Part shown: positions 50,751 to 60,000 of the stretch, in pieces
How the letters are laid out: each line of letters opens with the position of its first letter
Position numbering within the stretch: position 1 is the first letter of the stretch
NCBI RefSeq assembly: GCF_018977255.1
Contig: NW_024704742.1
Coordinates: 106,084,001-106,144,000, forward strand
DNA length: 60,000 nt
Reading direction: 5' to 3'
DNA from: Callorhinchus milii
Taxonomy: Eukaryota
Position numbers and translations under genes: made by a program
Notes under the pieces: generated by a model
What the model saw: the letters and a program-made list of their open reading frames with translations, nothing else
Databases searched by the model: none
What the model was told of the DNA's origin: nothing

Positions 50751-51214
50751 TTTACACAGAACCAGGATTGAAATTGAAAGATTTCTAACAAAATTTTCAC
50801 TGTACTCCAGTACATTCTAAACATGGAAGATATATAATAAAAACATTGGAATTGTGGATGCTTTTATTGAATAATTCCCATGAAACTTTAATAAGATTTA
50901 AAAGCAACACCTTGGAAGGAGGCCTGGCAACACCATTTGACGTGGCGTAAGTTTACCAATCCACAAACATAGTGGAGCAAGAAAATCATGGTGACATTTC
51001 TGTTAAACTAATAAATGTCACAAGGTTCTTATTGGGAATACAATATCAATAACATTATCAGGTAACCTAAGAAATGACTAACTTGACAGAAAGTCTCCAG
51101 TGAGAGGCTTGGTAGCTCAATAAGCAGATAACAGGAGATAACAAGAAAGATTCAGATGAAGAAGACCCTTAATTTTTCATCCTCTCAGAATACTAACTGT
51201 ACTGCCTTCCCATT

Positions 51215-51603
51215 ACAACAAAACAACTTGCGATTATATAGCACCCTCCATGCAGGGTAGCATCTCAGAGGCTTAACAGTGGTGGAGCCTGACTCCGAGC
51301 CTGCGGGTGGTGGGGGTGGGGGAGGTGGCCATAAGCACGGTCAAAGAGGAAGGTTTTCAAGCAGGACTTAAAAAAGGGGGAGAGAGGGGCTGAGGCTGAC
51401 GGATTGAGGGAGAATATTCCAGAGTTTCGGGGCATAGTGGCTGAAAGCGCGACTTCCGATAGTGGGTGCGAGGGACGAGCAGGAGACAGGTGCCAATCAA
51501 GCAGAGGCGCCAAATGGTGGATTGGGGAGTGAGAAGTTTGGAGAGGTAGGGAGGTGCCAGAGAGTGAAGGGATTTCAACACGAGTGTGAGAATCTTGAAG
51601 CCC
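51215..51603 (-). mobile_element. L2 3' fragment
   Basis: FKILTLVLKSLHSLAPPYLS..FKSCLKTFLFDRAY; same tail type as 228-773. Confidence 0.88.
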
Positions 51604-52444
51604 ATTACTGATTGATGCTCTTTCTTAAATGAGTCCAGGGTACTGGCCTCAACTTCGCTTTTTCTTGGTAACCTGAGTTCCAGCTGTTGCCCACCAGATG
51701 CAGTTAGATAATAGAAAAAAACAAGTGTCTATATCTTTAGTTCATGACTTCTGTGTGCTTTCATGAAAAAGCACGTTTTTTTAAAAAAGATGTTCACTCC
51801 TCAAAAAACTCAATAATGACTCCCTCTCATACCACGGCCTCTTATAAAATGTATTTATGGTTACTACCTTAATGGAGATTCCATATGAAAGAAACTCTTT
51901 AATGCTGTTTTATAAGGCTCCCAAAGAAAGTTTATGAAGTGCATCTAATATATATCAATTCCCAACCTAAAAGCTTTTAGATTTTTACAGAGCCTAACTT
52001 ATGTTATTTAAGGGTGCATTAGGAAGGAAAACACAAATCATGCACATTATAATGGTAAATCAGAGTCAATTTAAAATAAAAGATAAAACTCTTCAAGCAT
52101 ATTAATTTCTATTCCTAAACTTTTTATTTTGTTTGTTTAAGCATAAAGGGAGTGATTGTTCTGGTACAGATGGTGGTTGTATGCAATAAACTTCTGGCTT
52201 TCTTGCCACATTTAAATATCCACACACTGCCTGGATAGTCACCTTGTAATCCCGAGGAACCATTGGAAGATACTGTGAGAACATCATAGAATTCGTACTA
52301 CTTTACTTTTCAACCGTGATTACGGTCACCTCCCGTTTCTTCCCAACTTGGCATCAAGCTCTGTCAATGTTAAATACTCCGAGACTCTAATCCATATGAA
52401 AAGTGCTATGTAAATGCAAAGTGTTGCTGTTATAACAATAATCA

Positions 52445-52752
52445 TAATAATAATAATCCTTGCATTTGACATACCACTTTTCACGACTTCTAGACGTCCC
52501 AAAGCGCTTCACAGAATATACTGTAAAGTGAATTGACTTTATATTTGTGGGCGAAATGCGACAACCAAATTGCGCACAGCAGTCATAAACAATCATGGAT
52601 TGAAGTGACCAATTTATTATTTTTTTTTCTTGAAGGATTATTATTAGGTGTGTGGAGTAAGGAAACTTGCCCAAGGTTTCGCCCTGCCAGGTATCGAACC
52701 CAGGTCTCTTCCTTGAGAGATGAGTTCTCTAACCACTGAGCTACAGGACCCC
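52445..52752 (-). mobile_element. Full-length tRNA-derived SINE, short subfamily
   Basis: Reverse complement ggggtcctgtagctcagtggttagagaactc...gggttcgatacc...(TTA)n. Confidence 0.93.
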
Positions 52753-52832
52753 ACGTAGCATATATCATATGGATTATGATAGAAAAATCCAAAACATTGG
52801 CACTAACCAGATATTAGTAGTTAGTAATCGAT

Positions 52833-53260
52833 AGAGGATCAAGTTCAAGATCCTCGTCCTCACTTTCAAGGCCATCCATGGCCTTGCCCCCTCCTACCTC
52901 TCTGACCTGCTGACTTCCTACCAACCTGCCCGCGCCCTCCGTTTAGCGGGCTCCAGCCTGCTCCTTACCTCCCGCCCGACCCACCCTACCATCGGTGGCT
53001 GGGCTTTCCGCCTCTCTGCCCCCACACTCTGGAATTCCATCCCACGGTCCCTTCCCCTCACTTCCTCCCTTGCCTCCTACAAGGCCGGTCTCAAGACCCT
53101 TCTCTTCGATCGTGCCTTTGGTCACCCTCCCACCTCTCTGCCTTCCCTCACCCCTACACCACCCCTCCCCCATGCTCGGGCCCCAACACCTGACTGTTCA
53201 GCGCTTTGGGACGTCCTCTAGACGTGAAAGTCGCTCTTTAAATGTAATTTTGTTGTTGTT
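52833..53260 (+). mobile_element. Short L2 3' element
   Basis: agaggatcaagttcaagatcctcgtcctcac...cagcgctttgggacgtcctctagacgtgaaag; ttgttgtt tail. Confidence 0.92.
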
Positions 53261-53574
53261 AGTAAAGATTGTGTTAAACTGATCTGTATCCATAAATAAC
53301 TAACAGCATTGCATATGCAAGTGTGAGAATAAAGACCTGGAATATTATATTTGTGTTATACATGTTTCAACTGAACAAAACAGACTTAGACACATTTTAG
53401 TTTTATTACTGTGTGTTAGTGAATGGGAATGAAAACAGAAAAATGTTACCTTTGCTTCTAAAAATTGTTTTGTCTCAAAATAGTAACAATCTTTGCATTT
53501 GATATAATACCCATATCGATAACATCTCAAAATCTTACAGTTTTTCTGGAAAATGTACTGACTGTGGTGAACTC

Positions 53575-54009
53575 GAATTCAAGATCCTCATCTTCACCTA
53601 CAAGGCCATCCACGGCCTTGCTCCCTCCTACCTCTCCGACCTACTATCCCCCTAGTTACCTGCCCGTACCCTCCGTTCCTCTGGCTCCGGTCTGCTCCAC
53701 ATCCCCCGCCCCAACCGCCCTACCATCGGTGGCCGGGCCTTCAGCCTCTCAGCCCCTAGGCTATGGAACTCCATCCCCCAGTGCCTTCGCCTTGTTTCCA
53801 CCCTTTCCTCCCTCAAGGCCGGTCTCAAGACCTTTCTCTTCGACCATGCCTTCAGCTCCCCTCTCGACTCTCTACCTGCTTCTCGCTCCCTCCCTTCCTT
53901 CCCCTCACCCTGACCATTCCCCCCTTGCTCGGATCCCAACCCAACTGTCCAGTGCCTTGGGACATCCTCCCGACATGAAAGGCGCTCTATAAATGAAATC
54001 TTGTTGTTG
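53575..54009 (+). mobile_element. Young short L2 3' element nested in a DeuSINE
   Basis: Starts gaattcaagatcctcatc, as at 26281; near-identical along its length. Confidence 0.95.
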
Positions 54010-54197
54010 GATCCAACACCCAATTTGGTCACAACAATATCCCACAAATAACCATGAAGTAAATGACTACTTTTTTATTTAAGGGCTTGTTGGTCAAGGA
54101 GAAATTCCCATCTCTTTTTGAATAGTGTCACAGGTTTTATAATGTCTATAGGCAGGTGGGACCTTGGTCTAAATTTTATCTGAAATACTACACTTTC

Positions 54198-54363
54198 AAC
54201 AACAACAGCAACAAACTTACATTTGTATAGCACCTTTCACATCGGGAGGACGTCCCAAACCAGATAGAGTTACAGACCCGAGCTGAGGATTGGGGTGGGG
54301 GAGGGGGCAAGCAGTGGGGGGAAGCAGGGAGATCGAAACCACGATCAAAGAGGAGGGTCTTGA
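54198..54363 (-). mobile_element. L2 tail fragment
   Basis: (caa)n-acttacatttgtatagcacctttcacatcgggaggacgtcccaa. Confidence 0.82.
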
Positions 54364-54964
54364 TTCAACAAAGCAGCACTCTCCTAGCATTGAACAGGAA
54401 TGTCAGCCTAGACTATATGAGTTCAAGTGTGTTTTGAAATATCTTTCAATCCAGACTTTTGATTAGTTTTAGTGCCTAAACCTAACTAAAAAGTCCTGGC
54501 CACCTCTGTGAGTGAGAGCATTTTTTTCTCTGTTGGTTGAATAACTTTACAGATATGAAAGGTTTGAGTTTACTTGGGAAGCACCATAAGATCACACAGC
54601 AAAGTTGTCAGATCACTGGAGAATCACTAGATAATTGAATCTGCAGGAAATCAGAGATCGATTGGAAAAAGATGGACAAATATGACACAGCAACTCACAG
54701 ACTAGTAAATAATTCATATCTTTCCAATTAACCATGAGAATCTGCGGCTGTGGTAGATATTAACTTTTATTTGAGCACTGTCCTTCAGGACTGCATTGAG
54801 AAGAGGTGAAATTCATTCTCATCTTTTCAGTGACAGCAAAGCCCCTGTGCCATGTTGGTGGTATACAAGACACATGTCACAACAATTGTCGAAACTTGTT
54901 GCTCAAGCTCCATACTTCCAACTAGTGGAACCATCGCTCAATTGATTGCCTTCAGTGAAAGAAC

Positions 54965-55072
54965 ACGCATTACATTCCACACGCAGGGAAATTTCCATAG
55001 ATGTTGGCATATAAATGTGGACCTCTGTTTGGTTTGGGTAGTCCTATGCGTGACAATGGGTTTCCACATACA
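54965..55072 (-). repeat. Unclassified interspersed repeat, copy 4
   Basis: Reverse complement gtggaaacccattgtcacgcataggactacccaaaccaaacagaggtccac...tatggaaatttccctg..ggaatgtaatgc. Confidence 0.65.
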
Positions 55073-55789
55073 AATAATGATGAAAATGGCAAAAGTGTGG
55101 GAAACATGTAACTATTTATCAATGAAACATTACTTTAACCTTGGTCATCGTAATCCAACAAAAAAGTAGATAATGGGAATAAATTCATCTTGCTGCTAAG
55201 TGTGGAGCCCCACATCATCAAAGTCACTACATTTAACAGGAAGAGTAATTTCTAGGTCCTAATGTCTTATTGGAGAGAATATTAGGATAAGAAACAAATG
55301 ATGACAAATGGCTGACAGCACCATGAGCAGATGATGAAATGAATCATTTGTGAAAAATGTATGTATAGTAAAGAAGATGAAAGTAAATGAAACGCAGTGA
55401 CACCTAATAAAAGAATTGGCTATATTTCAACTTCAGCAGTGTTCAAGTCTAGAATTAGCTTTGATTCACAGCAGTGTGAATCACATTAAAATGTGCAATC
55501 GAATATATTAAACAGATTTATTTTGCACAAGGGATCTAGAATTATATCTAATTTCTACTTTGCCTCCATGAATTCCTCCATTTTTCTGTGATATACCCAG
55601 TGCTGTCTCATTGCAATTTTCTGTTATGCTACTTATATAAATAAACTAGAGTACTATCGGCACACAGCTGCTAAAAAGCACAACTCAAAAGGTGGCTGGA
55701 GTTTGAGTTTAAGTTTAAAGTTTCTGGCAACACATTCTGGGCTGTGGGTGACATATTTCTATTTTGACTGGTCAAGGTTCATAAATTAT

Positions 55790-56010
55790 TAGATGTTTTC
55801 AGCACAAAAGAAGGCCATATGGCCCATCAGGCCTTTGTCTGCTCTCTTTAAGAACCCATTTAGACCCATACCACTGCCTTTTTACAAGATCACAAGAATG
55901 GTTTGGATAAAGAAGGCCTTTTGACCATCTGAGCTGAAAGGCCTTCCTTTCGGAACACCACCCTACCATTCCTCATCACAGCATTCATCTGCTTTTTAAG
56001 CAACCTGTTC
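55790..56010 (-). mobile_element. CR1 3' UTR fragments (two)
   Basis: cagcacaaaagaaggccatatggccc and acaagatcacaagaatggtttggataaagaaggcc. Confidence 0.65.
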
Positions 56011-57656
56011 CATTTCCCTATTTTTCTGTAATATATCCAGGGCCCAGGTTCAGATTATTTATTTATAGTGAGAGAAATAATCAGGGAACCGAAGGGAACA
56101 TCCCTCAAGTCCGAAAAGCATCTATTCACCTTCCAACTCTCTTATTTAAGTTATATCAAACTGGGCGATCAGAATAATAATCTGGGTAGCTACATGCTTG
56201 GTTTGCAAAACTTGTGGACATGTAGACATTATTCAACTTTACAACCCTCTCCACTGCATTACCAGATCTGTATATTTTTGATTCATCCAAGGTAAAATTT
56301 ACCTTTGCTGCAGTGAATCCATTCACAGAAAGTAATTGTTGATCCTCCGTGCATGGGCACTTAATGGAGCTAAATTATTGCATTTCATAATTGTGTTAAT
56401 TAACAAACACTGTAAATTTCAGGCACCCCTGTTGGCCTTGGATTGACTTAGGCATTCCCTGATCTATAATGTAGAAATGCCTTACAGTTAAACTGTGGGC
56501 TCTCTTGGACTATATTACGTGCTGGGTAAATTAAGGAATTCACGAAATATTAAAATTTTTCCCCTACTGATATATTTAAAGAACCAACATACTCACACCT
56601 AAAATGTCTGGATAAGTAAATTCGCAAATTTCAGTGAACAAAAGCCAAAATGGCCCAATGTGGTTTGCTAGGATTCAACATTCAGCACTCATCCTTAATG
56701 CTCATCCATATAGATGATCGTACCTCTTGTTGTCCACCTTCTGTCATTATGTTAGGATTCTACAAAAATGCAATCAGCCGCAGAGAAAATTATACCTTAT
56801 TGAAAGGGAAATTAAGAAAATTAAAAATGGACTAGAAGTGAACAAATATAAAAATATATTGCCATGGAATCCCTTTACTGTATTACCAGGATATATTTGA
56901 CAGCCCACAAAATGACAATTGCGGATCCATGCACTAAAATAATGGTGTTTTCCTCAGAGAATTATTGAAGACGCATCATTTTGCAATAAAAATTACCATA
57001 AGTCAGTCATGCTTTGCTGTGACAGCTGCTGCATATTTGTGGAAATTTTCATTTGATTGTAAGTTAGAATGTGCTGCATGAACAACACTCCTCTCACTGG
57101 TGTGGACAGTAAATGATGACCAAGTACCCATGAGTGCAATAATAATCCTTTCTTTAGTACAGAGCTTTCATGTTAGGACGATGCCCCAAAGTGCTTCACA
57201 GGCTACACTGTAAAGTGCAGTGACTGTGTGTTTTGCAGGTGAATGCATGAGTGCAATAAGCAGGCAATGACAAGAAACATTAACACTTTTAACAGATAGA
57301 AGAGGTATAGGGATTTATTTTAAACAAAAGGATTCTGTAAAAATGTGACAATAAGCAAAAAGCAACAACAAAAGAAATGACAATTGAAATGCACTGAATG
57401 TACCATCACATAATATTAGCCAGAATCCAGGATTAGTGGATTGTAGAAATATGGGATTAATAAACACTATCTTTCAAACCGCTGTTATTTATTTCTGCGT
57501 ATTTAAAATTGGATTGTTTCTCTTTTCTTTTCTTTTCTTTGCTTTTCATTCACAAAAAGTAAAATGCCAGATTGCAAACCCTCAATCCCTCTTGCCCTCT
57601 TGCATTGTGCGTCTGTACAGAATGTTTCTAGGTTTGTGGATGCAGTGAAATCCTCC

Positions 57657-57670
57657 CCAGTAGGGGGCAG
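57657..57670 (+). promoter_or_regulatory. Candidate CTCF binding core
   Basis: CCAGTAGGGGGCAG fits the CCASYAGRKGGCRS consensus exactly and lies in unique sequence. Confidence 0.55.
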
Positions 57671-58974
57671 AGCTCTGCGTGTTCATGATGAAAGAGATCT
57701 CTGCTCACTGCCCTAATAATCTTAAAACCTGCTGTGAGACATATGTGAAAAGGATTTAACCACCTCTGAATATTTAAAACATTTGAAAGTCTGTGGGGCT
57801 TGTCTTGTTGTACAAGCTGGCAATGTAATTCAATCTTAAAGACAGGGTTCTCAAGCAGGCTCTGACCTTTTACTGCTGTGTCACTGAGTGGCCACTTTCC
57901 TTCAGATTACCTGAAGGGAAAGGAATAATCCCTTCCCTGCATTCTTCTTCTGAAATGTTTGACACCTGCTATGTGCTTAGAGCTAAAGCTATTTACCATA
58001 AACAATTTAAAAGTGATTTGAATTGACGTTTCACAAATTAAAACTTTTGCCTGCAATGCTTTTTGTGCAAAGTGTTTTTTAACTGCTGATTGCTAAATAT
58101 CCCATTCTTTTGCCCAAGAGGCTTTGTGGCCTTAAAGACACAGCCAGTCCCTAAACAGAAAACAACACGCTAGTAAGAGTTTAATCACTGCATTTTCTTC
58201 TAAGCGTCATCTGGTTCTGAAGGGATTGTTCTGGGTAATTTTTTGGAATGCACTGCTATTCTTTATTAAATAATTTATCTATGCTCCTCACTCTCAAGTA
58301 CTGTCTCTGTGATTGTCAAGTACCCAAGAGGCACAGTGCTGACAATTCTAATAGTCTAATTCAAAGATTTTTGCAAATAGACTCACTCCCCTGCCCCCCT
58401 ACACACTGCAAAAGTGTGAATAACGTGATAACAAAGCATGTTAGCTGTATGTTAGATACAAGGCAATTAAAAACATTCCTCTACTATGTTTACCAGGCAG
58501 TCTGTTTTAAAACAGAAGTTTATATATTGTATATATATATATGTGTGTACTCCTGTGCATGTTCATTGAGTTGAGCTTTGGTGGGTGATGGAAAATTAAT
58601 GAGTCAGACTTACACTATTCCTAAACATATTACATTCTTTATTTATGAACGATGGGATAGATATTATGATCTTTTAAGCATTCCTTGCTTTAGATAAGAA
58701 ACATTTGATGCCTCTTCAGGCAATCTTCCCACTTGCACAGCCACCGTTTTTGTCAGTCGACCGGCATTTTTGTAATCGATAATATTTTTTACTCGTCGAT
58801 GGGCAACTTTTCGGTTTTATTTGGTTAGTAATTGTCATTTTGGAGTTTAATCAGCTGAAGAAGGGTGATATACACTCTCGGCAGCCCAGAAATAACTTTT
58901 AAGCAATTCAAATTGAAGTTTTTATCTAGGAAAATTATTCTGATTGTCAACTTATTGGGACGGACCCACTTAGT

Positions 58975-59180
58975 CAACAACAACTTGCATTTATAATAGC
59001 GTCCTTCACATAGGATAACACCTTGTAGCTTCAAAAAGACGGGGTCAGACTCTGAGTATGGGAGAAGGGGAAAGGGGAGGGGAGGTAAGGTCAAAGAGGT
59101 TAGTTTTTTTAGGAGGGATTTGAAGAAAGATAAGACAGGGAGGTAAAATGTACAGTTAGAGGGAGGGAATCCAGAGGTTA
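58975..59180 (-). mobile_element. L2 tail fragment
   Basis: caacaacaacttgcatttataatagcgtccttcaca; reverse complement FFKSLLK. Confidence 0.7.
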
Positions 59181-59466
59181 GGGGTGTAGTTGATGATCTG
59201 ATAACAAGTAACAAGAGCTGACGAAACGAAAAGTAGGACAGTCACCACTACTTGTTCACTTTCAAACAGAGAAATAGTTAACATGCCAGCCCATAATACA
59301 GTACAGTAATCAACTGTGCCTGTGAAATAGGTCACTGGTTCATCTGTCAGGAACAAGCACTTATTAGAAGAGAAGAAATGTAATCAGCATACACAGCTCC
59401 CTCCCAGGGAGGGAGATACAAATGTCATTGAGGTATAAATAAACAATGGAAACGCTATTTATTTTA

Positions 59467-59586
59467 GTTAGGCGGGTATCTGACACATGCAGAAAATCAT
59501 CACCATGCTTAAGGTATCCAAACCAGACTGAGCATTCCACATATGTATGTCACTTCCATATGGAGATTTCCTGGGAATGAAAATGC
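59467..59586 (+). repeat. Unclassified interspersed repeat, copy 5
   Basis: gttaggcgggtatctgacacatgcagaaaatcatcaccatgcttaaggtatccaaaccagactgagcattccac...atggagatttcctgggaatg. Confidence 0.75.
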
Positions 59587-59621
59587 TAGGAAAGGAGAGT
59601 GAAATAAAAAAATAACTGAAC

Positions 59622-59941
59622 ATAATAATAATAATAATAATCCTTGCATTCGATACAGTGATTTTCACGTCTTCTTGACATCTCAAAGCGCTTCACAGAA
59701 TAGACTGTGAAGTGAATTGACCGTATATTTGTGGGTGAAACGCAGCAGCCAATTGTGCACAGCAGTGTCCCACAAACAGTTGTGGATTGAAAATGACCAA
59801 TTTATTATTGTTTTGTTTTGGAAGGATTATTATTAGGCGTGTGGAGTAAAGAAACTTGCCCAAGTTTTTGTCCTGACTAGAATTGAACCCAGGTATCTCG
59901 CTTGCAAGGCAAGAGCTCTAACCACTGAGCTACAGGCCTCC
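59622..59941 (-). mobile_element. Full-length tRNA-derived SINE, short subfamily
   Basis: Reverse complement gaggcctgtagctcagtggttagagctcttgccttgcaagcgagatacctgggttcaattc; (TTA)n tail. Confidence 0.93.
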
Positions 59942-60000
59942 GTAATAATAATAATAATAAAATAACCCTTGCATTTAACATAACATAACACTTAAGAGCA

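Larger units (their letters stand above)
53480..54425 (-). mobile_element. Deu-domain SINE split by two L2 insertions
   Basis: Tail at 53480-53570, Deu domain at 54015-54197 (tttgaatagtgtcacagg...), continuing gcagcactctcc...ggaatgtcagcctagact after 54364. Confidence 0.65.

Noticed and set aside
54831..54960. Possible coding exon after the ctcatcttttcag acceptor
   Set aside because: The frames close with stops before any good donor, and the peptides are unrecognisable.
1..60000. CRISPR arrays, operons, rRNA or other prokaryotic systems
   Set aside because: The sequence is vertebrate repeat-rich DNA, with no regularly spaced direct repeats, gene-dense ORFs or rRNA similarity.

Overview
Eukaryotic, AT-rich, repeat-dense vertebrate DNA. 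The repeat inventory points to a cartilaginous fish, most likely a holocephalan such as the elephant shark (inference): L2 LINEs with (TTG)n tails, shark-type CR1 LINEs, tRNA-derived CORE-like SINEs with (TTA)n tails, SacSINE1/Deu-like and AmnSINE2-like SINEs. I found no convincing host protein-coding exon. Every ORF with recognisable protein motifs is retrotransposon-derived. The window reads as a gene desert or very large intron, with repeat-free AT-rich blocks that look like candidate conserved enhancers. The most notable observations are: (1) a decayed non-LTR retrotransposon at ~3440-4905 whose motifs differ from the local L2/CR1/L1 elements and recall elements I associate with fungi/microsporidia; (2) an unrecognised ~100-130 bp repeat present five times; (3) a 62-bp-arm hairpin whose only mismatches are G-U compatible; (4) short L2 copies sharing the same 5' start; (5) two SINE families sharing one L2-type tail; (6) two candidate microexons and one consensus CTCF core. 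Repeat family names come from recalled consensus motifs, not database searches, and repeat boundaries are approximate.
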